A stretch of DNA of 64,000 bases. Origin: Patescibacteria group bacterium (GTDB taxonomy: Bacteria; Patescibacteriota; Minisyncoccia; Minisyncoccales; UBA10102). The stretch lies in assembly GCA_024239055.1 (NCBI GenBank), contig JANBVJ010000001.1, forward strand, positions 432,572-496,571. Direction: 5' to 3'. A program made the position numbers and the translations under genes. The notes beneath the pieces were generated by a model, which did not search any database, was not told the origin of the DNA, and saw only the letters and a program-made list of their open reading frames with translations. Below are positions 17,863-26,891 of this stretch, piece by piece; positions within the stretch are counted from its first letter, which is position 1; each line of letters starts with the position of its first letter.

Positions 17863-17938
17863 CTCTGCACCAATCCCTTCTTCCTCACTAAATTGTAAGG
17901 AACTAGTGTATGCATACACCAAAACAGGTGTTACATAA

Positions 17939-17967
17939 AATATATAAAGAAACAGGATTTCTGTCAA
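17939..17967 (-). promoter_or_regulatory. Sigma70-type promoter (TTGACA-N17-TATATT) upstream of the GC-rich ORF
   Basis: Minus-strand read: TTGACA (17967-17962), a 17-nt spacer, then TATATT (17944-17939). This lies about 75 nt upstream of the ATG at 17862. Confidence 0.45.
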
Positions 17968-18040
17968 GCAATTACTCCCCAAAACATAATTCCTGGTTCT
18001 ATTACACCTTTCTTAAATATGGTATAATAATCTGTTCAGT

Positions 18041-20068
18041 ATGGATTTTAAACTTAAATCAAAGCTAACGCCTACAGGTGATCAACCTAAGGCAATAAAA
18101 GAGCTTGTAAAGAATGTAAAATCTGGAATTCCCCGCCAGACGCTTTTGGGTGTTACGGGATCAGGAAAGACCTTTACTATGTCCAATGTAATAGCTCAGA
18201 CACAAAAACCTACACTTATTATCTCTCCAAACAAGACACTGGCTGCACAATTATATCAAGAATTTAAGGAATTCTTTCCTAATAACGCAGTACACTACTT
18301 TGTCTCATACTACGACTATTACCAGCCTGAGGCCTATATTCCCCAATCAGACACATATATTGAGAAAGATGCAAAGATTAACGAAACACTAGACCGATTA
18401 CGACATGAAGCTGCTCAAGACGTACTTTCCCAAAAAGATGTCATTGTTATAGCCTCAGTTTCCTGTATCTACAATATTGGCTCGCCTGAAGAGTACCAAT
18501 CAGCCACTCTGCATATAAAAGAAGGGCAGGAGATATCAAGAAGAGATTTTCTATCCAATCTTACATCCCTTCAGTACGTACGAAATGATATTGATTTTAA
18601 GCCCGGAACTTTTAGAGTCAGGGGAGATATTGTTGAGATATTCGTGGTTACGGGAAAAGAAATTGTAAGAGTAGAGTTTTCTTCAAACACTATATATGAG
18701 ATCTCCACCACCACAGATACCCTTACTCCCTCCTACAAAAAATATGTAGGTATGTATAACCTCTATCCGGCAAAGTTTTGGATTACCTCAGAAGAAAAGC
18801 AAAAGATTGCTCTTCGCAATATTAAAACAGAGTTAAGTGAACGTGTAGCTAAACTCAAAAAAGCAGGGAAGAACTTGGAAGCTGAGCGTCTAACGCAAAG
18901 AACTAATTATGATATTGAGATGATTGAAGAATCAGGATACTGCCATGGAATTGAAAACTACTCAAGTCATATGGAATTTAGAAAACCTGGAGAACCTCCA
19001 TTTAGCTTGGTAGATTACTTTGGTAAAGATTCCTTAATCTTTATTGATGAAAGCCATCTTACGCTTCCGCAGATAAGGGCGATGTCAGCTGGGGATAGAG
19101 CAAGAAAGCAGTCTCTTATTAACTTTGGGTTCCGACTGCCATCTGCCGTAGATAACAGGCCCTTAACCATAAATGAGTTCTTTAAACGTGCTCCACAAAT
19201 TATATATGTTTCAGCCACTCCAGGAGAGCTGGAAGAGGAAGAGTCAAAGTCTCATGTGGCCCAGCAGCTTATTCGTCCAACAGGACTGCTGGAGCCATCT
19301 ATTAAGATTCGTCCAACAGATAGTCAGATACAAGACTTGATAAAAGAAATTAAAAAGTCCGTAGTTAAAAAAGAACGAACATTGGTAATTACATTAACAA
19401 AGAGATTATCTGAAGATATTACAGAATACTTAACAAATGAGGGTATTAATGTTCAGTGGCTCCACTCTGAGATAAAAACATTGGAGCGCCCTGTTATATT
19501 GGAGGATTTTCGTCGTGGCACATATGATGTTCTTGTTGGTATTAACCTTCTGCGAGAAGGTTTGGATCTTCCAGAAGTTGCGTTAATAGCCATATTGGAT
19601 GCCGATAAAGAAGGTTTTCTGCGCAACGAAACAACCTTAATTCAAACTATGGGAAGAGCAGCTCGTCATATAAATGGAAGGGTTATTCTATATGCTGATT
19701 CAATTACAGGATCAATGCGATCAGCAATGAAAGAAGTAACCAGAAGGCGAAAAATACAGGAAGATTATAATAAAAAACATAATATTACACCCTCTCCTAT
19801 TACAAAAGAAATAACATCCTGGTCGCTCACCTCAAAAGAAGAAATCGTGACTACAGAATGGGGAGAGGTGCAAGATAAAAAGGCGCTGGAAAAAGAGATG
19901 CGGCAAGCTGCCTCAAACTTGGATTTTGAGCGTGCCACTATTCTGCGAGACTTGATTAAAAATATTAAAGATGATACAACTGTGGAGTATGGCAATAACA
20001 AGTTCAGCAAAAAAGGCTCTCCGCCAGTCAGAAAGACGAAGAGTACACAACTTAAGAATCAAGCGTAA
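18041..20068 (+). CDS. uvrB: Excinuclease ABC subunit B
   Basis: 675 aa with P.GDQP.AI, the GVTGSGKT Walker A, helicase motifs, and a C-terminal UVR motif (LDFERATILRDLIKNIK). Confidence 0.95.
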   Translation: MDFKLKSKLTPTGDQPKAIKELVKNVKSGIPRQTLLGVTGSGKTFTMSNVIAQTQKPTLIISPNKTLAAQLYQEFKEFFPNNAVHYFVSYYDYYQPEAYIPQSDTYIEKDAKINETLDRLRHEAAQDVLSQKDVIVIASVSCIYNIGSPEEYQSATLHIKEGQEISRRDFLSNLTSLQYVRNDIDFKPGTFRVRGDIVEIFVVTGKEIVRVEFSSNTIYEISTTTDTLTPSYKKYVGMYNLYPAKFWITSEEKQKIALRNIKTELSERVAKLKKAGKNLEAERLTQRTNYDIEMIEESGYCHGIENYSSHMEFRKPGEPPFSLVDYFGKDSLIFIDESHLTLPQIRAMSAGDRARKQSLINFGFRLPSAVDNRPLTINEFFKRAPQIIYVSATPGELEEEESKSHVAQQLIRPTGLLEPSIKIRPTDSQIQDLIKEIKKSVVKKERTLVITLTKRLSEDITEYLTNEGINVQWLHSEIKTLERPVILEDFRRGTYDVLVGINLLREGLDLPEVALIAILDADKEGFLRNETTLIQTMGRAARHINGRVILYADSITGSMRSAMKEVTRRRKIQEDYNKKHNITPSPITKEITSWSLTSKEEIVTTEWGEVQDKKALEKEMRQAASNLDFERATILRDLIKNIKDDTTVEYGNNKFSKKGSPPVRKTKSTQLKNQA

Positions 20069-20252
20069 TCTCAGGGACCTCATAAAAGAACTCCGTGGTT
20101 TTGTTACAGACAATCAGATAGAAAAAGCAAAAGAACTTCTTCCTAAAGCCCAGAAAGCCTTAGATAAGGCTGCCAAGACAGGCATTCTTAAAACAAACAC
20201 AGTTCGCAGAATGAAATCTAGTCTGGCAAAAGCAGTAAATCCAAAGACATAA
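19989..20252 (+). CDS. rpsT: 30S ribosomal protein S20
   Basis: MAITSSAKKALRQSERRRVHNLRIKRNLRDLIK matches the S20 N-terminus. The start is ambiguous between ATG 19971 and 19989. Either choice lies inside the uvrB 3' end. Confidence 0.8.
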   Translation: MAITSSAKKALRQSERRRVHNLRIKRNLRDLIKELRGFVTDNQIEKAKELLPKAQKALDKAAKTGILKTNTVRRMKSSLAKAVNPKT

Positions 20253-20259
20253 CAAAAGA

Positions 20260-20281
20260 ACAGCCCAATGGGTTGTTTTTT
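20260..20281. terminator. Bidirectional intrinsic terminator between convergent rpsT and holA
   Basis: Hairpin ACAGCCC-aat-GGGTTGT (one G-U pair) followed by a T-run (TTTTTT). Confidence 0.55.
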
Positions 20282-20283
20282 GC

Positions 20284-21210
20284 TTAGAGAGATAATAGAA
20301 GAGATTGGAGGGCCGACTCCATATCAGCTCTTCCGGTCTTTAGAGACAAGTCCACCTGAAAGATCTTCTCGTGAATCTCTTGCAATTCATCTTTTTTGAA
20401 TGAACGCGCTAAAGATGAACACTTTCTCGCCACAAATGGATGTAGCCCTGACTGCCTTGGAATCGAACCATAAGGAACTTTTCTTGCCTCCATATCCTTT
20501 ACTATGAGAATGTTACGAAACTGATAAGCAATCATGGATAGAAGATGCATAGGAGAATCCCCCTGATCTAAATGGCGAGCAATTAGCTCAAGTGAGCGCT
20601 TTTTATTACGAGCTGCAATAGCATCAATAGTCGGAAATATCTCAACAGACAGCTTTGAGTTTCTTAACTGAATTAAATCTTCTTTTCCTGCCTTTTTTGA
20701 ATCAGCGGTAAATGCCGCCACCTTTGCAATCTCGTTTGTACACTCCCACAAGTTATCTCCTAATTCCTGAGCCAAACTACCAACAAGTTCTGCTGTAGGC
20801 TGAATACTAAAACTAGCAAACTCAGCTAATATCCAATCACGAAGTTTCTGTCCTTTTAAACTCTCAAACTCTTCTATATCAGCTGTGCGCTTTAAAAATT
20901 TTACCAAAGAGTTTTTGGAATCCACCTTGCCTGCTTCAAAAAAAATAATAGTATGCTCTGTTTTTTTGAGAATATCTTTTAACTCAACTAGTTTTTCAGA
21001 AAGCTCATTGTTTTGCAATGAATCTTTTAAGACAAGTATCTTTAAGGCATGGAACAGGTCTTGGGATAAAAGCTCTGCCTGAATTGTATCAATATTTACA
21101 TTCTCACAATCAAAAACACGGGTCTCAATATTATCTGACTGAGTTTGTATAATCTCTTTTAATCGGCGATGAGACCTTAAAGTATCGGGTCCGTAGATGA
21201 ACACGAGCAT
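20284..21210 (-). CDS. holA: DNA polymerase III delta subunit
   Basis: 308 aa. The N-terminal IYGPD...........I and overall helical clamp-loader-like pattern fit. Called from architecture and size, with modest motif support. Confidence 0.6.
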   Translation of the reverse strand: MLVFIYGPDTLRSHRRLKEIIQTQSDNIETRVFDCENVNIDTIQAELLSQDLFHALKILVLKDSLQNNELSEKLVELKDILKKTEHTIIFFEAGKVDSKNSLVKFLKRTADIEEFESLKGQKLRDWILAEFASFSIQPTAELVGSLAQELGDNLWECTNEIAKVAAFTADSKKAGKEDLIQLRNSKLSVEIFPTIDAIAARNKKRSLELIARHLDQGDSPMHLLSMIAYQFRNILIVKDMEARKVPYGSIPRQSGLHPFVARKCSSLARSFKKDELQEIHEKIFQVDLSLKTGRADMESALQSLLLSL

Positions 21211-21233
21211 AATAGATACTCTCTTTAAAAGAA

Positions 21234-21599
21234 TTAGGCGAGAATACTTTTTATCTTCTCAATGATTTCTCCTGGAGTAAAGTGGGCTTTGATAAGAAAA
21301 CCCTTTGCCCCTAATTTCATTCCTTTCTCAATATCCTCTTTCTGCCCCAGATTAGAAAGGATAAGAACAGGTATAGAAGATAGAGTCTCATCCTCTTTTA
21401 ACTGACGCAAAACCTCAAAACCATCAATTCCAGGTAAGATAAGATCCAGCAGAATAATATCTGGCTTTTCAGCTTTTGCCTGCTTTACACCCTCCTCTCC
21501 ATCTACGGCTTCTGCAATATCATATCCGCCCTGGTCCAATTTTTGGACAATCAGCTCGCGAAGAAATGTATCGTCTTCAATAACAAGAACTTTTGCCAT
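21234..21599 (-). CDS. Single-domain response regulator (CheY-like receiver)
   Basis: VLVIEDD, DIILLDLILPGIDGFEVL and the conserved K (LIKAHF). There is no output domain. Confidence 0.9.
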   Translation of the reverse strand: MAKVLVIEDDTFLRELIVQKLDQGGYDIAEAVDGEEGVKQAKAEKPDIILLDLILPGIDGFEVLRQLKEDETLSSIPVLILSNLGQKEDIEKGMKLGAKGFLIKAHFTPGEIIEKIKSILA

Positions 21600-21634
21600 A
21601 CTTTATTTTACCTCTTTTATATATCTCAAACAAG

Positions 21635-22813
21635 TTAAAACTTCTTTAAAAACTCTCCCACCTCTTCCTTCACCGGAAGAGTAATGGTGAATGTCGTGCC
21701 CTTCTGTGCCGTTGAGATAAAGTCAACCTTTCCATCATGCGCCTCCACAATATTCTTTACTAAATACAGCCCGAGTCCTGAGCCCTCAGTATCCACGGTT
21801 TGGGCATTTGTCGCACGAAAGAACTTACCAAAGACACGGTTCTGCTGAGCTTTGGGAATTCCCATGCCAGAATCCTGAACAGAAACTTTTACTTCTTTTG
21901 AAGAACCTACCACTGAAACCGTAACCGTTCCTTTTCTAGGAGTATACTTTATTGCATTATCTATAAGATTCTGAATAGCAAGAGAAATCTTTTCCTTGTC
22001 AATCAATACACGTGGGAGCTTGCGCAGGGGTTTTTGAACTTTAAAAACAATATCCTTTCTTTTTGCGAGTTCAATATAATCTTTTACAACAACATTCACA
22101 ACATCTGTAATATGGGAAAGGACTGGCTGATATAAGTATCTTCCCTCCTCAATTTTCGTAACATTCAGAAGATCATTAATAAGATCTATCATGCGTTCGT
22201 TTGAGTTATAGGCCTTCTCTAGCATATCTTTCTGCTTGGCTTCAAGCTCACCCACATCGCCCTCTGAAAGCGCTCGAAGTATCCATTTAATCGCAGAAAG
22301 TGGTGTACGAAGCTGATGGGCGGTCAGAGATACAAACTCTGTCTTTAAACGCTCTATCTCTTTTTCCCGAGTAATATCATGGAAGATAACCATAATACCC
22401 ATAGGAGTTCTACCCAAACGAATCTGAATTTTTGTGAGTTCAGCAACAAAGGTCTCTTGAATCAACACCTCCCGACGAAATACATCTTCTTTCTCATTTA
22501 ATATCTTTAAGGAAGCCATCATGGTGGGAAACCGAACGAGCTCTTCTTTAGTTAAACCCAAAGCGTCTTCTGCCTGTATGCCGAATATCTTCTCTGCATG
22601 AGGATTTATAACGTCCAAGCGCCCATTTGGATTAAATACCAGCAACCCGTCGGAAAAATTTGTAATAATAGTCTGAATCTTATTTCTTTCCGCTTCAGCA
22701 TCCCTTCTCGCCTCTTCTGTATCCTCAAGCATGTTGAGCAAGGCAGCCCGCATTTCCTCTAATCGTTGAGTGCGGGCAATAATACTTCTTGTTGTTCTTG
22801 TTTCTTTCTCCAT
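21635..22813 (-). CDS. Cytoplasmic PAS-domain histidine kinase
   Basis: PAS-like region, HisKA H-box FVSLTAHQLRTPLSAI, and HATPase N, G1 and G2 boxes (NLIDNAIKYT, DSGMGI, GSGLGLYL). Confidence 0.9.
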   Translation of the reverse strand: MEKETRTTRSIIARTQRLEEMRAALLNMLEDTEEARRDAEAERNKIQTIITNFSDGLLVFNPNGRLDVINPHAEKIFGIQAEDALGLTKEELVRFPTMMASLKILNEKEDVFRREVLIQETFVAELTKIQIRLGRTPMGIMVIFHDITREKEIERLKTEFVSLTAHQLRTPLSAIKWILRALSEGDVGELEAKQKDMLEKAYNSNERMIDLINDLLNVTKIEEGRYLYQPVLSHITDVVNVVVKDYIELAKRKDIVFKVQKPLRKLPRVLIDKEKISLAIQNLIDNAIKYTPRKGTVTVSVVGSSKEVKVSVQDSGMGIPKAQQNRVFGKFFRATNAQTVDTEGSGLGLYLVKNIVEAHDGKVDFISTAQKGTTFTITLPVKEEVGEFLKKF

Positions 22814-23379
22814 TATACCGTTGCCTTTTTTAGGTATTGCTGAAGCTCCTCAATCTCTTTTTTCAACTCTATCATTTTTAACTCTCTGCCTACTGAAAGA
22901 TGTTGGAAGCGCTCGAGTTCTTTTATTTTTTCCTCAAGTTCTTTGGTACGCTCCTCCACCCTATCCTCTAATGTTTCTGTAAGTTCACGCAACTCCTTAG
23001 TACGTTCCTCAACAGTATCTTCTAACCCATCTTTTGCTTTTTCAACCTCGCCTCTGGCTCTCTGAATACGGGCCACCATAATATTAACTGTCTTTGCTAC
23101 TTCGCGCAGTTCTGCAGGAAATGGTCTGTCTAAATCCACACGGGTTGCAAAATTCCCCTTTCCTACCTCCCGCAAGATATCCTGAATATGGGATAAAGAA
23201 GGTAAAATACCCCTTGTAATAAGAAAGAGCAGAGTAAACACAGCTATAATGTTTACCAATGCAACCAAAAGGAGAGGGGCTGTTTCCTCCTTATCAATTG
23301 CAAAATACAGAGCAACCAAAGACGCTAAAAATAACAATGCTCCGATTATAGAAACAAAAACTTTGAGAGAGATTCGCAT
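22813..23379 (-). CDS. Membrane-anchored HAMP-domain / coiled-coil protein (detached sensor module)
   Basis: Two N-terminal TM helices, then a HAMP-like segment (PSLSHIQDILREVGKGNFATRVDL...ELREVAKTVNIMV). Repeated EERTKEL linker motifs follow. Its TAA stop overlaps the kinase ATG by 1 nt (TAATG). Confidence 0.75.
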   Translation of the reverse strand: MRISLKVFVSIIGALLFLASLVALYFAIDKEETAPLLLVALVNIIAVFTLLFLITRGILPSLSHIQDILREVGKGNFATRVDLDRPFPAELREVAKTVNIMVARIQRARGEVEKAKDGLEDTVEERTKELRELTETLEDRVEERTKELEEKIKELERFQHLSVGRELKMIELKKEIEELQQYLKKATV

Positions 23380-25577
23380 TACATTGATTTAAGATTTCCC
23401 CAAGTGCTTCCTTCCTTCACCTCTACCTCCATAACAACCCGCAGCTGCACCACTCCTTCCATAAGGGCTTTGATGCGATGGCTAACTTTTTGAATTATAT
23501 CATCTGAGCACTCGAACAACAATTCATCATGAATCTGAAGCAGCAGCCTGCAATCCCAATCTTGCTTCTTTATCTCTTCGGTAGTTTTAACCATGGACAT
23601 CTTCATTATGTCAGCTGCCGTTCCCTGCAATGGATGGTTAATAGCCATTCTTTCTCCTGCTGCTCTTAATTGTGGCGCCCTAGAATGAATTTCAGGAATA
23701 TATCTCCTTCTGCCGAATATAGTCTCTGTATACCCATTTAACTGCACAAACTCCCGCATGGCTTCAATATAGGTCAGAATTGCGGGAAACCTGGCAAAGT
23801 AATCTTCAATAAACTCTCTGGCTTCCTCACGAGATATTTTAGCGGATTTCGCGAATCCAACCTCTCCCATACCATATAAAATACCAAAGTTTAGGGCTTT
23901 AGCTCGATAGCGCATATCAGAAGTCACTTTTTCAGGAGGAATACCGAATACCACGGATGCCGTTATCCTATGAATGTCCTCTCCTTTTTCAAAGGATTCT
24001 TGCATCTGTGGTTCTTTTGCTACGTGAGCGGCCAGACGCAGCTCCATTTGTGAATAGTCAAATGAAAGAAACTTATATCCTTTTTCCGTAATAAATCCTC
24101 CTCGTATTTTACTTCCCCAATCCCCCAACACAGGAATGTTCTGAAGATTGGGGGAAAAAGAAGAAAGACGCCCTGTTGTCGTCCCCAATTGGTCAAATGT
24201 TGTATGAATCCTATCATTACTGTCTGCCATGCCGGGCAGAGGAGTAATGTAGGTCGTATAGATCTTTCTTAACTCTCGATACAAAAGTAAATCTTTTATA
24301 ATCTTATGCTCGTCCTGTAGTTTTTCCAGCTCTCCTGCTGCTATAGATACTACGCCTCCAGGTGTTTTCTTTAATCCTTTAGCAGAAAGCCCAAGCTTTT
24401 CAAATAGAATCTCAGACAACTGCTTGGAAGAGTTAATATTAAACTCACTTCCGGACTTTTTATATATCTTCTTTTCCAGCTTTGTTATCTCTTTTGAAAC
24501 CTCTTTTTCCAGTTTAGCAAAGGATTTCTTGTCTATCTTTATTCCTACGTTCTCCATGGCACGCAATATAGGAATGAGTTTCAATTCCAGTTCATATATC
24601 TCCTTTGAAAAAACCTCGTCTTCATATAATTTCTTAATGCGTTCTGAAAGATCTTCTTGAGAAATCTCCCCTGTCTTATCTCCCTTTAAATCGGAAAATC
24701 GAGATTGCAGGGTACGAAATCCCATATGACTCAAATAACTATCGGCATTCTTTGCCTTTCCAATATTCCATACAAGGTCATTTAATGGCATCTCAATTGG
24801 AACATCAAGGTCAATTGAGGCTAAGTCACGAGACATAAAAGCATCTTCCTTATGCTTGATGAGGGCAGTAAGCGCAGCTGGCCTCACGTCCTCCACCTCA
24901 CCTTTTTTTAGAGCTTTATATAAGCTCTCCATAGAACCAAACTGCAAGAGTAGGTGCACTGCGGTCTTCTCGCCCACGCCCCTAACACCTGGGATATTAT
25001 CTGAAGGATCCCCTCTGAGTCCCTTATAATCCACAACTTGCGAGGGAGTTAATCCCCCAAGACGTGCTTTCACCTCTTTCTCCCCATATAAAGAAGCATC
25101 CTGAAAACCCTTGCCCATTGTATATACCTTTGTGGTTTCATCCACCAACTGAAAAGCATCTGCGTCTCCGGTAAGAATAATGGTCTCAATTTTATTTGAC
25201 TTGGCAGTTCTTTTTGCAATGGTTCCTATAACGTCATCTGCCTCCCATCCGTCTTTTTCAAAATATGGAATACCAAAGGCATCCAGGGCTTCTTTAACCA
25301 ATGGCATCTGCTGATACAACTCATCATCCGCGCGTACTCTCGTTCCCTTATAATCTTTAAACTTCTCTACTCGCTTGGTTGGAGCTGCCGTGTCAAAAGC
25401 AGCTGCAATATAGCTTGGCTGAATTTCTTTTATTACCTTAAACAAAACTGAAAGGAATCCAAAGACCGCATTCACCTGCTGGCCCTTTGAGGTAGTAAGC
25501 GGAGGAAGCGCATGATATGCCCGATGTATTAAAGAGTTGGCATCAATAACAAGAAGGCGTTTTTTCTTAGTTTTCAT
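23379..25577 (-). CDS. polA: DNA polymerase I: 5' nuclease plus polymerase domains, with no 3'-5' exonuclease-like domain
   Basis: N-terminal LLVIDANSLIHRAYHA and GDPSDNIPGV. Polymerase motifs DYSQMELR, the RYRAKALNFGILYG region and QIHDELLFE. Only about 30 aa separate the nuclease domain from the polymerase thumb region. Confidence 0.9.
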   Translation of the reverse strand: MKTKKKRLLVIDANSLIHRAYHALPPLTTSKGQQVNAVFGFLSVLFKVIKEIQPSYIAAAFDTAAPTKRVEKFKDYKGTRVRADDELYQQMPLVKEALDAFGIPYFEKDGWEADDVIGTIAKRTAKSNKIETIILTGDADAFQLVDETTKVYTMGKGFQDASLYGEKEVKARLGGLTPSQVVDYKGLRGDPSDNIPGVRGVGEKTAVHLLLQFGSMESLYKALKKGEVEDVRPAALTALIKHKEDAFMSRDLASIDLDVPIEMPLNDLVWNIGKAKNADSYLSHMGFRTLQSRFSDLKGDKTGEISQEDLSERIKKLYEDEVFSKEIYELELKLIPILRAMENVGIKIDKKSFAKLEKEVSKEITKLEKKIYKKSGSEFNINSSKQLSEILFEKLGLSAKGLKKTPGGVVSIAAGELEKLQDEHKIIKDLLLYRELRKIYTTYITPLPGMADSNDRIHTTFDQLGTTTGRLSSFSPNLQNIPVLGDWGSKIRGGFITEKGYKFLSFDYSQMELRLAAHVAKEPQMQESFEKGEDIHRITASVVFGIPPEKVTSDMRYRAKALNFGILYGMGEVGFAKSAKISREEAREFIEDYFARFPAILTYIEAMREFVQLNGYTETIFGRRRYIPEIHSRAPQLRAAGERMAINHPLQGTAADIMKMSMVKTTEEIKKQDWDCRLLLQIHDELLFECSDDIIQKVSHRIKALMEGVVQLRVVMEVEVKEGSTWGNLKSM

Positions 25578-25585
25578 ATCTTCTA

Positions 25586-26026
25586 TTATATCACATCCAA
25601 CTCACGGCTATTCTCTCCGGTAACAAAAAAGTGTATCCATTTGGTATCCTTTGAAAGAATCTTCTTGACCCGGTCTGCCCACTCAATTACTACAATATTC
25701 TTTGGGTTGGCAACAATACTCTTAAATCCCAAATCTAAAAGCTCTTGTGAAGACTCAAGTCGATAGCAGTCAATGTGATAAAGCATGGTCTTGTTTGTAT
25801 GAGGAAGCTCAAACTCCTTTATTACTAAAAATGTCGGGCTGAGTACGCGACTCTGCACTCCAAGACCCTTAGCTAACCCCTGTACAAACGTTGTCTTGCC
25901 ACTTCCAAGCTCACCCTTTAATGCCAATACAATGGCATTGTTGGTTTCGGGCAAGGCAAGAATATCCTTTGCCATTTCTTCTCCCAGCTTCTTTGTTTGT
26001 CTTGCGCTTGTTGTTTGTCTTTTCAT
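25586..26026 (-). CDS. tsaE: tRNA threonylcarbamoyladenosine biosynthesis ATPase TsaE
   Basis: L.GELGSGKTTFVQGLAKGLG plus HIDCYRL, classic YjeE/TsaE motifs. Confidence 0.85.
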   Translation of the reverse strand: MKRQTTSARQTKKLGEEMAKDILALPETNNAIVLALKGELGSGKTTFVQGLAKGLGVQSRVLSPTFLVIKEFELPHTNKTMLYHIDCYRLESSQELLDLGFKSIVANPKNIVVIEWADRVKKILSKDTKWIHFFVTGENSRELDVI

Positions 26027-26078
26027 AAAATTGACGAATGAATACTTTTCAGATAAGGTGAAAGAAATTAACAGCTCT

Positions 26079-26891
26079 ATGAATCCTGAGGAACTCTTTG
26101 AAAAAGCGCAACATATTACTATCTCTCTACCGCCCTATCCATCAAAGGAAGAGTTTGAATCAGCCTGCCTATTTTTCAGTGCCGCAAAGAAACTCGGAAA
26201 AGATGCATCTCTCCAGGGAGCTAACTTAAATAGTCCTTTGAAAGAACCTCTGCAAGGAAAAACCTTTACTGTTTCTCTCCGCGGTCTGTCTGACGTCATC
26301 TCAAAAATTCATTATGAGAAGAGCGGAGGCGACGTCAAACTATACTTTACTCTCAGGAATGGGGAGATATCTTCCAATAATATTGCTTTGGAATCATCCC
26401 AGGCATCAAACCTTATTCTTATTGTAGGCAATAATAGTGCGAGAGACAATTCTTCTGAAATAGATAACACTTCCTCAATCCAGGGAACAAAGGATTTTCT
26501 TGATACCACCCTTTCTCTTCTCTCGCCTTTTGACGTTCCAGGCGTACAGCTTTTATCCCTGGTACTATCGCGCCTGCAAGAAAACCCTCAGAAACTTTAT
26601 ACAGCTCACGTAACAAGACAAGACTTTGTGGAAACTAAAACAACACAGCTGCACCTTAGGGAAACTGCTAATGAGATAAAAGAATACGGAGATAAAACAG
26701 CGTCTTATTTCATACTCTTTGAAACACAAAAAGAGACAAAAGGTATTCTGTGGTCAGAGAACTCCCAGATACAAAAACGCATTCTATCTCAGGGAACAGG
26801 AAGTATTAAAAATAACTGGATGGTCTGTTCATTTCCCCAGAAAAACTCAGAAGATGCACTAAATAATATTCTAAAAACTCTTAATTCATGA
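26079..26891 (+). CDS. Hypothetical protein translationally coupled to the PilB-like ATPase
   Basis: I chose the ATG at 26079 (MNPEELFEKAQHITISL...) because the track start at 25896 would overlap tsaE on the opposite strand. It has an ATGA overlap with the downstream ATPase. I recognise no motif. Confidence 0.4.
   Translation: MNPEELFEKAQHITISLPPYPSKEEFESACLFFSAAKKLGKDASLQGANLNSPLKEPLQGKTFTVSLRGLSDVISKIHYEKSGGDVKLYFTLRNGEISSNNIALESSQASNLILIVGNNSARDNSSEIDNTSSIQGTKDFLDTTLSLLSPFDVPGVQLLSLVLSRLQENPQKLYTAHVTRQDFVETKTTQLHLRETANEIKEYGDKTASYFILFETQKETKGILWSENSQIQKRILSQGTGSIKNNWMVCSFPQKNSEDALNNILKTLNS

Noticed and set aside
17135-17938. Plus-strand ORFs (94 aa and 172 aa) inside the GC-rich island
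   Set aside because: Long antisense ORFs are expected in GC-rich DNA. The minus-strand frame has a signal peptide, a C-terminal anchor and an upstream consensus promoter, whereas the plus-strand products are low-complexity Ser/Thr/Arg strings.
25896-26078. N-terminal extension of the 331-aa track ORF
   Set aside because: The extension overlaps tsaE on the opposite strand and reads as a hydrophobic mirror frame. The ATG at 26079 was chosen instead.
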